Source: a virus. Taken from it: 14,363 nucleotides of DNA. A program made the translations under genes and the position numbers. A model generated the notes under the pieces. It was not told where the DNA came from and ran no database searches. It worked only from the letters and a program-made list of their open reading frames with translations. Of this stretch, positions 1-10,355 are shown in pieces. Position 1 is the first letter of the stretch. Every line of letters starts with the position of its first letter. The stretch lies in UHGV virus genome UHGV-0778877; one strand, 5' to 3'.

Positions 1-130
1 TTGAAGATGCGTCGTACACGAGAACATGGCGCGGAAGATGGATAATCAGCAACTCATGCGCATCAAACCGCAGCGATTCCATCACGCCATCAGCCAGTTC
101 ATCAGCAGTGTAGGAGCGTAGTATTTTATC
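1..130. repeat. Direct-repeat copy of an internal gp10-like gene segment (copy A); 127 nt exact, 129/130 overall, matching 2271-2400
   Basis: Read directly: window 1-127 is letter-for-letter identical to 2271-2397; position 128 differs (a vs c); 129-130 match; sequences diverge completely from 131 versus 2401. Confidence 0.9.
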
Positions 131-504
131 GTAGCCAGTTGATTGCTTGTGGCTGTCGAACCAAGTCCTCCCGTAGCCTCAGCAGCAGCAAGGCTCTGGT
201 AACGAGCCTGACCTGCAAGGTCTTTATACTGCTGAGAGTTGTAATACTGATTAAGTGCCTTCCCCTGTCCTTCTAAACTGGAAAGATTCTGAAGCTGGTT
301 AACATACTGCTCCGCAAGCGGAGTGAACGGAGCAAGGTTTTTCATGATCGTCTGCCACTGCTGATTTTGCAGGTCTGCGGCATACTTCTGAGCTTCTGCT
401 GCATACTTTGCGCTTTTATCAGAGCTACCACCTTTCCCGCCTTTTTCAGGGCACCAAGGTTCCTCGCCGCGCAGTTTTCTGCCCAGCTTAAATGCATATA
501 ACAT
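82..504 (-). CDS. Ejection (injection) protein, P22 gp7-like, N-terminal ~126 codons only; ORF continues out of frame into the repeat copy and stops at 82
   Basis: ATG at 504 with GGGAG 6 nt upstream; translation (MLYAF...GGKGGSSDKSAKYAAEAQKY...) is recognisable as the gp7 ejection protein family by recall and by its position after the gp14-like gene. Codons after about residue 126 derive from the 1-127 repeat read in a non-gp10 frame. Full-length P22 gp7 is about 229 aa as I recall, so this copy looks truncated. Confidence 0.6.
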   Translation of the reverse strand: MLYAFKLGRKLRGEEPWCPEKGGKGGSSDKSAKYAAEAQKYAADLQNQQWQTIMKNLAPFTPLAEQYVNQLQNLSSLEGQGKALNQYYNSQQYKDLAGQARYQSLAAAEATGGLGSTATSNQLATIKYYAPTLLMNWLMA

Positions 505-506
505 GG

Positions 507-962
507 CTATCTCCCGTAATTCAGGAAGTCGATTAGTTCTTCGCGTGTGGCGCTGTAAAAAGTCACGTCATCCACGCCTTTGAAGTATTTCTTGATGGTT
601 CCTACACGCTTAAGGCCAATCATTGCGCAGTACATCTGACCGTGGCGGAATTTGCGCGCAGCGAACGATGTGACGCACTGAACGGTGGTGTTAGTCAGAA
701 TGTATCGCCAGAACGCCAGCCCGATTTCCTTGCTGAATCCACGAACCTCTGGCAGGTACATGGCGTGGCAATCAAAGGTCAAAGGCTGAATCTCCTGATA
801 GTAAACAATGCCGCCGAACTGCCCGTGCACGTTCACCTCGAAGTAACGGCATTCAGGCTTGTAGTCGTATCCATCACCGTTATTGCTTCCGGCGATAATG
901 TCAGGGTGATTTCCGACTGCTTCGATCAGGTCGATGTTTCGCGTTGGTTTGAACTGAATCAT
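507..962 (-). CDS. gp14-like head/ejection-protein assembly protein (assigned by synteny)
   Basis: 151-aa ORF, ATG at 962 overlapping the upstream stop (TAATG), stop 2 nt before the next gene start. Position between tail needle and gp7 matches P22/Sf6 gene order. The family name is an inference; the CDS call is strong. Confidence 0.6.
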   Translation of the reverse strand: MIQFKPTRNIDLIEAVGNHPDIIAGSNNGDGYDYKPECRYFEVNVHGQFGGIVYYQEIQPLTFDCHAMYLPEVRGFSKEIGLAFWRYILTNTTVQCVTSFAARKFRHGQMYCAMIGLKRVGTIKKYFKGVDDVTFYSATREELIDFLNYGR

Positions 963-1810
963 TACTGCTCCGCGATTATCTTGATGGTTGTGGCAGTAAA
1001 CGCCGCACCATTCGACTGAATGGTTAACGTACTGCCATTTGTGGCAAGAAAGCCGTCTTTATCCACACTGAAGAACGTAGCTAACAGGATGTTGTCGGTT
1101 GTTGTCGCCGCATTACGACTGCTGACCAGCGTATCAGGAACAGAACCGGAGAATGTTAGCTGCATTGACCTGTTGGCGGTTCCGCTGGGCCACGTCCCGA
1201 CAATCGACAGCTTGAAGAACAAGGTTTTGTTCTCGTTGAACACAACCATCTTGTTGTTAACGGTGTCGAAGAATGGTGCCAACGTTCCGGATGACGGCGT
1301 GAGCGTTTTCAGCAGGCTAACAAGGTTGGTCGGCGCTGTCGGGATGGTTACAGATACTCCTGAGTAAACAACCTCTGATTTCTTGCGCGTGGTGGCATAC
1401 TCAAGAGCATCGATGCGCGTCTCATGGTCTGAAAGCGTGTTTTGAATGGCGACAACTTCATCCGTCAGATAATCAATATCGTTTTCTGCTGTCGTTAATC
1501 GCGAATCAAGGCCGACTATCGCCGCTTCTGCGTTAGTGATCCTTGTTTCGTGGTCCTGTATCTTCGCTTCAGCCGATGCCAGTCGAATTTCGTGATCGAC
1601 CAGAATCACATCCTGCTCATCGTTCCTGACTTGTGCATCATAAGCGCCCTGTCCGACCTCGTTGGCCTTGTTAGCAACGTTACCAACATCAGTACCCTGT
1701 GCGATAACGTACAGCAGATATGACTGCGAGAAGATATTGCGTGGAAGGACTGATGTGTCGAGCCGCGTAGCCTGGATGATTACCGGCTCATTGAGATTCG
1801 AATCAGCCAT
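962..1810 (-). CDS. Tail needle protein (P22 gp26 / Sf6 gp9 family), 282 aa, with a C-terminal knob-like extension
   Basis: ATG at 1810 overlaps the gp10-like stop (TAATG), with AGGA 7 nt upstream. N-terminus [25 protein letters not shown] is the conserved gp10-binding tip of tail needles. The middle is heptad-rich with three DHE(T/I)R(I/L) repeats (coiled coil). The last ~140 aa are a Ser/Thr/Asn-rich beta-type domain absent from the short P22-type needle. The 316-aa ORF-track version is an upstream in-frame extension into gp10. Confidence 0.85.
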   Translation of the reverse strand: MADSNLNEPVIIQATRLDTSVLPRNIFSQSYLLYVIAQGTDVGNVANKANEVGQGAYDAQVRNDEQDVILVDHEIRLASAEAKIQDHETRITNAEAAIVGLDSRLTTAENDIDYLTDEVVAIQNTLSDHETRIDALEYATTRKKSEVVYSGVSVTIPTAPTNLVSLLKTLTPSSGTLAPFFDTVNNKMVVFNENKTLFFKLSIVGTWPSGTANRSMQLTFSGSVPDTLVSSRNAATTTDNILLATFFSVDKDGFLATNGSTLTIQSNGAAFTATTIKIIAEQ

Positions 1811-3228
1811 TACTCGATCCTTATCTGGCAGCCTGACAGAGTGACAGGTGACTTCGTGATAACGCGCAATTTGAAGCCGACATTTTTCCTGATGCGCCCG
1901 ACTCGCTTCCACAAAACGCGCTTGTCGTAAACGAACGGTTCATTCTGCTCAATCATCTGCTCACGCCCGTAATTGATGCCGTCAGTGGTTGCAGAGAGGA
2001 ACAGGCGGTCAGCGTACTGCGCAACGCCAGTTGACGATTCAACCTCAAGGTCGAAAACTCTGGCGTTATCTGCTTTGAAGAGTGGAGTAAACAGCAGGTG
2101 TTCCTGTTGCTTGTCGTACTGGCTGCTGATATCGAACTGCAGTTTACCGGTAACAGATTCCAGCTTATCGCCGCACGTTATCTGATTGCCTTCGTAAATG
2201 AAGTCGATAGCGCGGTACACATCGTCATACAGACCTGTTTTCAGCACACACCATTGCGGACCATTGGCGCTTGAAGATGCGTCGTACACGAGAACATGGC
2301 GCGGAAGATGGATAATCAGCAACTCATGCGCATCAAACCGCAGCGATTCCATCACGCCATCAGCCAGTTCATCAGCAGTGTAGGAGCGTAGTATTTTCTC
2401 AGTGCTCGCGCTGGCGATTGGTGATACCTGACCGGAGCCTATGATGTATACAGACGGCGCACCTGTTGCCGGATTGCTGATGAACGCATACGAGTCAGCA
2501 AACGGCGTTTTGCAGTAAGTCCCGGCAATGCCTTTCTGCACCATCAGTGATGGCTGTGCGACATACAAAGCGGCACCAACGGTGGTTGCACCTGTCAGGG
2601 AAAAATATTCAATCGTCGATGAGCCAAAGCAGACGATGAAGTCTCGCCATGTACCTATGCCGATGATGCCGTCCGGCTGAGACTCGGCACGATATTGTGC
2701 ACTGTAGCGGTCAGGATGCGATTCATCTTCAAGGTCAGTGATAAACCATGAATCAGTGCCGTCTTTTGACCACGCATAACGCCCACGTAAGCGCGTAATG
2801 TCGCGAACTGAACCTAACTCATACTGAGTGAATCCACTGTCTGTAGGCCAGTTTGAGACGGTTTTAACCGTGCCATCATAGCGATACTCGACCAGTTGAC
2901 CATTAACGCCTACCGCCTGTGATGTCCGACCATGCGCCATTGATACACGACCACTTCCGGCAACGTCACCGACTTCACTTTCTCCTTTGTACAGCTTGCC
3001 ACCACACACACGATAAACAGCACTCTGCGCCATGTTGTACTCGACGCCTCGCGATACTCCGTTCACATCAGAACGTTTGGCAATGCCCGGGAATGAGCGA
3101 AGATATCCGCTGCTGTTCAGGATTTCTTTGGGTGTAGCCAGCATATTCACTGGCAGATAGTCGATATAGTCGGCATTTCGGAAGTCTTTGCCGACACCTT
3201 TCATGAGCGGAAGTTGCTGAATCGGCAT
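1810..3228 (-). CDS. Head completion / tail hub protein, P22 gp10-like, 472 aa
   Basis: 472-aa ORF ([33 protein letters not shown]...), same length and recognisable sequence as P22 gp10; start ATG overlaps the gp4-like stop by 1 nt. Confidence 0.9.
   Translation of the reverse strand: MPIQQLPLMKGVGKDFRNADYIDYLPVNMLATPKEILNSSGYLRSFPGIAKRSDVNGVSRGVEYNMAQSAVYRVCGGKLYKGESEVGDVAGSGRVSMAHGRTSQAVGVNGQLVEYRYDGTVKTVSNWPTDSGFTQYELGSVRDITRLRGRYAWSKDGTDSWFITDLEDESHPDRYSAQYRAESQPDGIIGIGTWRDFIVCFGSSTIEYFSLTGATTVGAALYVAQPSLMVQKGIAGTYCKTPFADSYAFISNPATGAPSVYIIGSGQVSPIASASTEKILRSYTADELADGVMESLRFDAHELLIIHLPRHVLVYDASSSANGPQWCVLKTGLYDDVYRAIDFIYEGNQITCGDKLESVTGKLQFDISSQYDKQQEHLLFTPLFKADNARVFDLEVESSTGVAQYADRLFLSATTDGINYGREQMIEQNEPFVYDKRVLWKRVGRIRKNVGFKLRVITKSPVTLSGCQIRIE
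2271..2400. repeat. Direct-repeat copy B, lying inside the gp10-like CDS (about codons 277-320)
   Basis: Same comparison as copy A; this copy is in its native coding context within the 1810-3228 ORF. Confidence 0.9.
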
Positions 3229-3728
3229 TATTCGCTCCCGTTATCGCAAGGTTCCTTTCGGTGGAAGTAATTCCAACCGTTCCACTTCGCCAACTGGTTA
3301 CCGCTACCAACAGGCATACGGTTTGGATAACCGGACTTACATTTAGCGGCTTTTGCTCTGTCCATTGCAGACAGTTTGACGAGTCGCTCTTTCCCGTATC
3401 TGGCAGTGGTTATAAGTTTTGCTGACGCTTCCAGCGCATAATCCGGAGCAATGCGGCAGGCAAGGTTGAAAATGACGGCATTGATAGCGTTATTTGATAA
3501 GCCGTGCTCATCGCCCGGATCCGGAGCGACATCTGCATCAGCAAAAATGTAGCCAACGTTGATACCAGGTGACACATCACCGCCAAGCCATTCAGCCATC
3601 ATCATTTCAAGGTCGTTGACCCCGTCTTCCATAGACTGCGGTTCGACATCGGTTAACGTGGCATTTGATGCAACACCGAGCTTACGTAATGCTGCAAGGA
3701 CTAAATCACCCTTCGTTGTCAGGTTCAT
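3228..3728 (-). CDS. Head completion protein, P22 gp4-like, 166 aa (alternative upstream ATG at 3797 would give 189 aa)
   Basis: The ORF-track frame is 189 aa; an internal ATG at 3728 gives 166 aa ([19 protein letters not shown]...), the length I recall for P22 gp4. The N-terminal 23 codons of the long form overlap the upstream small ORF. Start choice is uncertain. Confidence 0.8.
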   Translation of the reverse strand: MNLTTKGDLVLAALRKLGVASNATLTDVEPQSMEDGVNDLEMMMAEWLGGDVSPGINVGYIFADADVAPDPGDEHGLSNNAINAVIFNLACRIAPDYALEASAKLITTARYGKERLVKLSAMDRAKAAKCKSGYPNRMPVGSGNQLAKWNGWNYFHRKEPCDNGSE

Positions 3729-3936
3729 CTGCTGCCGCCTTAGGTTTTCGATCAGGCTTTTTACGCTGTTTTTCTTCTGGCTCTGGCTCTGCAACATCCT
3801 TCAAAAGGTCATCAGGATGTGAAAACCAACCAGCATCCAGATATTCCTGAAGCTCTTCGGCTTTCACGATTTCAAAGTCGTAGCCAACGCCTTTCCACTT
3901 CTTCATGTCGCCATGACGAAAGATCATGTGTGTCAT
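3706..3936 (-). CDS. Small hypothetical protein with acidic, Lys/Pro/Glu-rich C-terminus, between coat and gp4-like genes (76 aa from the ATG; 92 aa if the GTG at 3984 is used)
   Basis: ATG at 3936 preceded by GGAGA about 6 nt upstream; the ORF-track start at 3984 is a GTG overlapping the coat stop. P22-like head modules carry a small ORF at this position, as far as I recall. No function recognised. Confidence 0.55.
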   Translation of the reverse strand: MTHMIFRHGDMKKWKGVGYDFEIVKAEELQEYLDAGWFSHPDDLLKDVAEPEPEEKQRKKPDRKPKAAADEPDNEG

Positions 3937-3980
3937 GCTTGTCTCCAGATAAAAAAGGGAGCCGAAGCTCCCTCTGGTTA

Positions 3981-5276
3981 TCACGCAGTCTGGCTAGGCA
4001 GACCAACACCAATTGCCTCTGGTCGTACAGCACATGCTGAATACCACACAGCAATACGGCACTTACCAGACAGAGTGTTGATATCACCCTGCGTTGCGAA
4101 GATGCCGTTAACACCAATACCAGGAATGCTGAAGGAAGACGTTTTCATACCAGCAAACAGTTCATGGGTTACCGGGATCGGCTGAGACAGCAGACGGATT
4201 GAGTCATCAGCCCAGAACACGTTAGCGGTGGTTGTTGCCACGTTCAGAACGTTTACCGGAGTGGTATTAGCAAGAGATGTGTTTACATTAGCGTAAGCCT
4301 TCTCTTCTTTTGTCAGTGACGCGTCATCCAGTGCAATCGGTTTCGGCGTGATTTCGATGTGAGTACCATCGATCACACGGGTGATTGAGAAAGTCGCATC
4401 ATCAGTCAGCACGTTCTTCGCCATCTGAGACAGGAATTTCACACCAGTGAAGCTGATTTTGTCGCCGCGCTTAAATCCGGTGGTGGAGGATACGGTCACC
4501 GTTGCAACACGGTTGTCGACGTTCTCTTTGTTACCATCGGTATCAAGGGTGTATGCCTGCGGCTTAAACTTCTGCGCACCAGAAACAGTTACACCAGTAG
4601 CGGTTGACTTGGTAACTGCAGGAAGTTTCGGTGAGCGAAGAATTTCATCAAAGCCAGCAATCTGACGCTGAATAGTACCGTTGCGATAAGCTTCTTCAGG
4701 AACGCGCCCAAAGATGTCACCATCTACCAGGTTGCGGCCTGCTTTGCGGTAATCGTCAGGGTTCAGGAAGTAACTGATGCCCATGTCGCGGTTGAGTTCG
4801 CGGGAGAACATCAGGCGCTCTGCATCAGACACAAAATCCCAGCCAGACAGGCCAGTAGATGGACCAATTGCGCGGGTATCGTGAACAACAAGTGAGCCCA
4901 TTTCAGTTGCCTGTTTGGCAATCGCTGACTCAATGTTATTCGCCAGTTTTTTGGCAGATGCCTGGATGCGGCGACGGTAAGAACGCTCATCACGCAGGTC
5001 ATCTGCACGAAGCTCGAAGAAATCGTTATCCGGATCGCCCATGTTGCATTTCACGGAGAGTTCCAGAATCCCGGTTGCGTTGCCAGTTAAATCCCAGCCA
5101 GTCTGGGTTGGCGCTTCCTGCTCAACAGGCATCCACACGGTGTTGCTTGAGCGCTGCATGGATTCTGCCGGAGGGGTGTATTTTGTCACTTTGGACGCCA
5201 TTGGCGTCAGGTTCTGGACGGTTTCGATGATTTCATCCAGAGCATACGTGACCAGTTGACCTTCATTTAATGCCAT
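3981..5276 (-). CDS. Major capsid (coat) protein, P22 gp5-like, 431 aa
   Basis: 431-aa [28 protein letters not shown]..., length and sequence recognisable as the P22 coat protein family (HK97-like fold with insertion domain); ATG overlaps the scaffold stop (TAATG). Confidence 0.92.
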   Translation of the reverse strand: MALNEGQLVTYALDEIIETVQNLTPMASKVTKYTPPAESMQRSSNTVWMPVEQEAPTQTGWDLTGNATGILELSVKCNMGDPDNDFFELRADDLRDERSYRRRIQASAKKLANNIESAIAKQATEMGSLVVHDTRAIGPSTGLSGWDFVSDAERLMFSRELNRDMGISYFLNPDDYRKAGRNLVDGDIFGRVPEEAYRNGTIQRQIAGFDEILRSPKLPAVTKSTATGVTVSGAQKFKPQAYTLDTDGNKENVDNRVATVTVSSTTGFKRGDKISFTGVKFLSQMAKNVLTDDATFSITRVIDGTHIEITPKPIALDDASLTKEEKAYANVNTSLANTTPVNVLNVATTTANVFWADDSIRLLSQPIPVTHELFAGMKTSSFSIPGIGVNGIFATQGDINTLSGKCRIAVWYSACAVRPEAIGVGLPSQTA

Positions 5277-6187
5277 TATCGAATTCCTTTATTCAGTTGC
5301 GCCTTGAGCTTGCGGTATGTCTCTACATCCCCTTTGTTTGCTGCCGCTTCCATCTGCTTTTCAATCGCAGATATATTTGCAGCAACAGCGTGTCCCTGAA
5401 TGGGTTCATCAGGTAGCGGGGCTTCTGAAACAGGTTTGGCTCGAGGCTTGAGAGTTAAACGTTCTGACAGTCGAGTGAGTTCAATCAACGCGGATTGCCC
5501 GTCCATCGCCAGCAACTGGCGTGTTTTTTCAGGATTAGCACCAAGGTGATACATGAGAGCAGCGGATTTCTCCGGGAAGAGGCGCATGATGTCGGCACCG
5601 ACTGCTGGCGGCACCAGTTGCATGAATGCATCCTCTTTCTCCTGATAGTCAGGGATATTGAGCTTTTCCGCTGCGTCGTAGTGCTTACGGGCTGCCTCGA
5701 CGTATTGCGCTGATTGCTGGGTGAACTCCTGAGTTTTGCGACCCTGCTCGGCGACAGCCTGGCTTCGTGCGTCCATAGCCTTGATCTGCCATTCACTGTT
5801 TGCCTGCTGGAAGGCAGCCAGTGCGCGGCTCTGGTCATAGTCGTACTTAGCCAGTGCATCTTCGGAAAGATAATCGTTAGGGTCTGGTTGTTTTGGTAAC
5901 TCAGGGTTAACCCGCAGGTGCTCCGGCAATTCTCCACGCTTAACCGCTTCCATCTGCTGCTCAAGCTCACGCTGGCGTTTGCGTTCGATGCGGCGACGGG
6001 CAAATTCAGCATTAGTTGCCGGGTCTTGTTTTGGTTTCTCATCGTCTTTCAGGACAATCTCGAAGCCTTCTTCCTGGCCTGCGTTGTCGTTGGCATTATC
6101 GACAACTAAGCCATCAGCAGATGCCGCTGCATGATTGCCGGGCAGGGTTAATTCTTCAGAAGCCTGAATGTCGGTGGTTTGGTCCAT
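5276..6187 (-). CDS. Scaffolding protein, P22 gp8-like, 303 aa
   Basis: 303-aa ORF, highly charged and helical in character (runs of E/K/R/Q/A), C-terminal basic helix-turn-helix-like tail (...[14 protein letters not shown]); position between portal and coat; same length as P22 gp8 as recalled. Confidence 0.9.
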   Translation of the reverse strand: MDQTTDIQASEELTLPGNHAAASADGLVVDNANDNAGQEEGFEIVLKDDEKPKQDPATNAEFARRRIERKRQRELEQQMEAVKRGELPEHLRVNPELPKQPDPNDYLSEDALAKYDYDQSRALAAFQQANSEWQIKAMDARSQAVAEQGRKTQEFTQQSAQYVEAARKHYDAAEKLNIPDYQEKEDAFMQLVPPAVGADIMRLFPEKSAALMYHLGANPEKTRQLLAMDGQSALIELTRLSERLTLKPRAKPVSEAPLPDEPIQGHAVAANISAIEKQMEAAANKGDVETYRKLKAQLNKGIR

Positions 6188-6200
6188 GATTAACTCTCTC

Positions 6201-8366
6201 TTATTGAGGTGTCTCGGCTACTCCGCCGGAGGGGATTTGAACTTGACGCATAAGATTCGCGAAATCCATGCGTTGTGAATGAGTCTGGTCTGCATCTTTA
6301 AGAAGCAGCTCAGCGTTAGCACGAGCATCTTTGCTGCGCTGTTGCTGGAATTGACCTACGAGCTTGAGGTACTCACGCAGTTCTGCCTGCTTGTCGAGGT
6401 CCATATTGTTGAAGATTTCTGCAATCTTCGCGGCGTTGAGTTGGTTTTGGGCTTCAACCTTGGCAGCTTCAACCTGAATCTGCGCCTGTTGGTTCTCTGC
6501 CTTGAGCAATTCAGCCTGACCTTGCAGAAGGATACCCTGCGCCTGAATTTGCTCTGCTGATGGCTGCTGCGGCTGTTGTTGTGCCTGTTGTACCATCTCC
6601 ATCTCTTCAGGTGTTTCTGGTTTCTTCAGCCCCATCATCACCAGTTGCTTGTTCGCGTACTCTCGCATCATCTCGACGCCTTTACCGTCAAGGAGCGTGA
6701 AGTATTGCAGCATCAGCATCTGGAACTCTGGAGTACCTTGCGGAACCTTGGTGAGCAATTCCTGAATCTCTGCGCGGTTCTGTTCCTTCATGCTCTGGAA
6801 GGATGGCCCAACGTCCGTATAGCACTCATAGCGACCGCGAATGTCGTTGAGTGTGACCACATTGCCGGACTGATAATCGACAACTTGCGCATAGAGTTGA
6901 ACGTCTTTCTCGCTTCCATCTTCAAGTGTCAGCGTTACATGACGAGGAACGTCATAAATATCGTTGACCATTGAGGCATAAATCTCGCCATCACGTCGCA
7001 TTGCGGTAGCCAGGTTATCCTGAAACACATATGTCTCAAGGTCTGCCCGCATGTTCAGTTGATTGACAGTATCGAAAGCGACCTGAGAGTTTGCTGCCTG
7101 CGCATCCACGCCAAGACTAGCCACCTCTTTCACTGCGTTGGTGGCAGCCTCAAGCATGTAAGCGTTGGCTTGCGGCACTTCAGGGTTTTCCATGTAGGAG
7201 ATTGGACCAATCGGCAGGTCGTTACCGTTTTCATCAGTCCTGTTCTGGAGATAGTACGGATAGTCATCATTTCCACCGTACATGTATTCGTAGCCTTCGA
7301 TTTGCTCAGGGAAGAAGGTAGGTTTCTTCTTCGGTGAACGAGCAACAATATCGGCGTTGAACGACATGATCATGTTACGAAGGCGCTGACCGTCTTTCGT
7401 CAGCCTTACCACTCCTTCGTAGCACTCCTTGTCACCAGCGAATGACCATTCGCCGTACACAGGAACTATTGGGATATGCTCTCCGGCTATCTTCTCGCGG
7501 TCTTTCAGTATCTGCGTGCAGGTGATGATCGACTTATACACACGCCGACGCTTCACCTTGCGCTCTGCTACCTTAATGAATCCACGATTAGCCAGATCGT
7601 CGATGACGTCTTTGATATCCTGCTGGTAATAGCTGACCGGCTCACCTGTCAGCGGGTCGCGGTAGATGAAGACCTTCTCTTTCTTCTCTTCTACCTCGTA
7701 ATACTCAGCGACGTAGACGACATCATTCGATACCCACGGAAACAGCCATGTGTCGTTCGGATTCTGGAAAGATGGCAGGGTGTCAGGATCAATACCGTAA
7801 TCCTCTGCGAACTCTTTCCAGCCATTGCGTGACAAAGCGTTAATCACCGTGCAGTGCTTAGCGTCGCTCTTATCCATCTGCTTGCTGTTGGCGTCCCATA
7901 TGACGTGTGAGCAGGCTTCATGGATTGGCAGGCGTCTGATTACCTGATTGTTGCTTGTTGGGTCGTTGTCTTCGTACTGTGTGACCAGACGCCATGCACC
8001 AACGCCGGACTCTATCTGCTCACGAACGCCAACGTTAACGGCAATCTTTGCCGTGTTATGCCGCATATCAGTACGATACATCCCCATCAACAAATCGGCT
8101 GCATCAGGATTAGCGCCGTCTTTGGGTCGGAAGAGAACGTCGATAGGGTTCCGGCGCATCTCTGCGACCAGTTTCCTGACCACCGGGCGAACAACATCGA
8201 ATTGTCCGCGATATTGCAGGGTAGTGTAGTTTGATAGCCAGTCATCCCATTGCGACACTCGGCTAAAATACAGGTCATTTGTCGCCTCGGTTCTGGCTTC
8301 ATCGCTCGCCATCCAGTCCGCGTCAAACTTACACAGAATGGAATTGAGTCTGTTTTCGTCGGCCAT
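6201..8366 (-). CDS. Portal protein, P22 gp1-like, 721 aa
   Basis: 721-aa [31 protein letters not shown]...; recognisable P22 portal, including the long Q-rich C-terminal helical barrel region ([35 protein letters not shown]...). ATG directly follows the terminase stop. Confidence 0.93.
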   Translation of the reverse strand: MADENRLNSILCKFDADWMASDEARTEATNDLYFSRVSQWDDWLSNYTTLQYRGQFDVVRPVVRKLVAEMRRNPIDVLFRPKDGANPDAADLLMGMYRTDMRHNTAKIAVNVGVREQIESGVGAWRLVTQYEDNDPTSNNQVIRRLPIHEACSHVIWDANSKQMDKSDAKHCTVINALSRNGWKEFAEDYGIDPDTLPSFQNPNDTWLFPWVSNDVVYVAEYYEVEEKKEKVFIYRDPLTGEPVSYYQQDIKDVIDDLANRGFIKVAERKVKRRRVYKSIITCTQILKDREKIAGEHIPIVPVYGEWSFAGDKECYEGVVRLTKDGQRLRNMIMSFNADIVARSPKKKPTFFPEQIEGYEYMYGGNDDYPYYLQNRTDENGNDLPIGPISYMENPEVPQANAYMLEAATNAVKEVASLGVDAQAANSQVAFDTVNQLNMRADLETYVFQDNLATAMRRDGEIYASMVNDIYDVPRHVTLTLEDGSEKDVQLYAQVVDYQSGNVVTLNDIRGRYECYTDVGPSFQSMKEQNRAEIQELLTKVPQGTPEFQMLMLQYFTLLDGKGVEMMREYANKQLVMMGLKKPETPEEMEMVQQAQQQPQQPSAEQIQAQGILLQGQAELLKAENQQAQIQVEAAKVEAQNQLNAAKIAEIFNNMDLDKQAELREYLKLVGQFQQQRSKDARANAELLLKDADQTHSQRMDFANLMRQVQIPSGGVAETPQ

Positions 8367-9866
8367 TTAAGTTCTCCGTGCGATGGGCCTGATTGGGGCT
8401 GGTATCTTTTTCTCTTTTGGTTTTTTGATGTCGCGCATCATTTTGGCGAAGCGGCGCATCATGTATGCATAGCGAACGGCTGAGAGAACATCGTCGTTAA
8501 GCTTGACGATCTTCCCGTTTTCATCACGGTGATAGAGGCGGAACTCCTCAAAGAATGGCTCACAGGTGTTGAATACTTTGAAGCGACCATCGAGCATCAT
8601 GTCGCGCAATTCAGTGATGCCAGGCTCCACAGCATTACCGCCATCAGGCCATGTCGCATGCTCCTGCAACATCATAAAACCAGCGTCGGCATACTGCCCT
8701 TTGAGCTGCTCACCGCCGCCCTTCTCATGCTGGTTTCCGTCATGAGGCCATGCGGTTGGCACTTTATGCGCCCATGATTTAACGGCTCCCCACGCCTGAA
8801 CGGCTGTTTTTTCTTTCGCCTTCCACACGCGTGAAACGTAGATTGTGTCTGCGTCCTTATCCCACCAAAGCTGAACCTGCGCCTGTGGGTGATCCCATCC
8901 GAAATCCATCCCGCCAATTACGTAGAAGTGATCAGGACACTCGAACGGCTGACACTTAATCGTCTCTTCCGGTATCTGGAAGATTCGACCACTACCCATC
9001 GTAGGAATACCGCGAGCACGCGCCTCTCTCTCATGCTCTGGATAGGATGCGATGATTTGCTCTTTCTGCTCGTCGGTATAGTGCTCAGCGTCATAGATGG
9101 TCATGTTGACCACTTTCTGCGACTTGCTGGGATTCTTCAGGAACTTGGTAACAACGTCAGACATCCCCATCAGCGGGGTAAACGTCAGAATTGAGAATTG
9201 CCCGTATTTGTTGGTACGGGTAAGACCTTCGCCATAAATGCTGTATGGTGGCTCTTCGTCAAACCACACGCCGTGGATTGTGTCACCCTGCCAGCGAGCA
9301 CGGCCTTGCGAGTATGGTTTGAAGTAGCAGATTGAAATGCCATCTTCAACGCCATCAGCCGTGTGATGCTTAACCAGAAGATGATCAACAAGGTTCGGAA
9401 AGAAAGGAGACTTCTTCCAGCTAATGATGTCTTCTTTCGGTATGGAACCGTAGCCAGGCTCATCATTCTCTTCGATACGACCGCACAGGATGCGTTGAGT
9501 CGTTTTGGTTACAGTCTCGTTTGTCTCGCCACCAATCCAGAAGACAACAGGCTCATAGAAACGCTTACCTTTCCACTCCCCACCATATTTACCATCAGCA
9601 GGATATCCTTTTGTGCCCGGATAACGCCCGGTAAGGTGAAATGCGACTTCAGCAGCACCAGTAAATGACTTACCAAGCTGGTTACCAGCCATAAAACAGC
9701 GCTCTGGATAGTCATGCCCGGCGTCGATGAACTCACGCTGTTTGCTGTATGGCGTAAATTCATATAGCAGGTGTGTGTTCCGGTAGTTCTCTTCTTCTTC
9801 GAGTAGCTCGAGCAATTCGATTTGCTCTTCGTCGCTCAGGTTATCAAGAATCGCGTCCAGTTCCAC
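8367..9866 (-). CDS. terL: Terminase large subunit, P22 gp2-like, 499 aa
   Basis: 499-aa ORF with ATPase and nuclease character, located between small terminase and portal. The first codon at 9866 is GTG, not ATG (read from sequence), with AAGGAG about 10 nt upstream; no in-frame ATG lies nearby. It overlaps the terS 3' end by 23 nt. Confidence 0.9.
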   Translation of the reverse strand: MELDAILDNLSDEEQIELLELLEEEENYRNTHLLYEFTPYSKQREFIDAGHDYPERCFMAGNQLGKSFTGAAEVAFHLTGRYPGTKGYPADGKYGGEWKGKRFYEPVVFWIGGETNETVTKTTQRILCGRIEENDEPGYGSIPKEDIISWKKSPFFPNLVDHLLVKHHTADGVEDGISICYFKPYSQGRARWQGDTIHGVWFDEEPPYSIYGEGLTRTNKYGQFSILTFTPLMGMSDVVTKFLKNPSKSQKVVNMTIYDAEHYTDEQKEQIIASYPEHEREARARGIPTMGSGRIFQIPEETIKCQPFECPDHFYVIGGMDFGWDHPQAQVQLWWDKDADTIYVSRVWKAKEKTAVQAWGAVKSWAHKVPTAWPHDGNQHEKGGGEQLKGQYADAGFMMLQEHATWPDGGNAVEPGITELRDMMLDGRFKVFNTCEPFFEEFRLYHRDENGKIVKLNDDVLSAVRYAYMMRRFAKMMRDIKKPKEKKIPAPIRPIARRT

Positions 9867-10338
9867 GGTTGAATAGCTCCTTGATACGAGAGCGCCGCTT
9901 ATCGCGATCTCCCTTATCAGGTGTCACGTCTTCAACTTGCGACTGCTCTTTGAGGCCCAAATCACGGGCGATGATGTTAGCGTTGAGAAGGTCAGCGGCT
10001 GCGCCAGAGAATTTCTGGTCGTAGATGACCTGCTCTGCTCGCGTAACGACTTCAGATAAATCTTCTCTCAGGCGATATGTGCGCCATGTTTCAAGCGTCA
10101 CATCAATGAACAGAGTGAGGCCTGTAATAGTCATCGCTCGCATCTTGGCGATAGGCTCTTGTATCACTTCACCCTGATACGAGAACGCCTTCATCTCCCA
10201 TAGCGGGTTAGCTTCTACCCACTCGAAGTATTCACAACAAGCAGCCCACAGCGCCTCAGGCGATTCGAATTTAGGATTTCGCCCATGACTACTGCGGGCC
10301 TCCCAAAATCGGTTGCCCTTTGGTGCTGCCATATTCAT
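9844..10338 (-). CDS. terS: Terminase small subunit, P22 gp3-like (164 aa from the ATG at 10338; 162 aa from the ATG at 10332)
   Basis: [52 protein letters not shown]..., recognisable as P22 gp3; two in-frame ATGs 6 nt apart; it contains the pac-like sequence listed below. Confidence 0.9.
   Translation of the reverse strand: MNMAAPKGNRFWEARSSHGRNPKFESPEALWAACCEYFEWVEANPLWEMKAFSYQGEVIQEPIAKMRAMTITGLTLFIDVTLETWRTYRLREDLSEVVTRAEQVIYDQKFSGAAADLLNANIIARDLGLKEQSQVEDVTPDKGDRDKRRSRIKELFNRGTGRDS
10044..10065 (-). other. Candidate headful packaging initiation site (pac), P22-type, inside terS
   Basis: The minus-strand sequence GAAGATTTATCTGAAGTCGTTA encodes EDLSEVV within terS, the codon context in which the 22-bp P22 pac site lies; it matches or nearly matches the P22 pac sequence as I recall it from memory (not checked). 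Confidence 0.45.
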
Positions 10339-10355
10339 CTCACTTAGTTGTTATT

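Noticed and set aside
642-1367. Plus-strand ORFs 642-1019 (125 aa) and 1020-1367 (115 aa)
   Set aside because: They lie antisense to the well-supported gp14-like and tail-needle genes and have no recognisable features; plus-strand ORFs throughout the window are antisense shadows of minus-strand genes.
962-1912. 316-aa extended form of the tail needle ORF
   Set aside because: The extra 34 N-terminal codons overlap the gp10 3' end; the conserved needle N-terminus begins at the ATG at 1810, which has its own SD and overlaps the gp10 stop.
3068-3310. 80-aa minus-strand ORF spanning the gp4/gp10 junction
   Set aside because: Alternative-frame overlap with two strongly supported genes; no start signals.
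5485-6042. 185-aa minus-strand ORF inside the scaffold gene in another frame
   Set aside because: Completely nested in the scaffolding protein CDS in an alternative frame, with Ser/Arg-rich low-complexity translation; it looks like a frame artefact, unlike Rz1, which has lipoprotein features.
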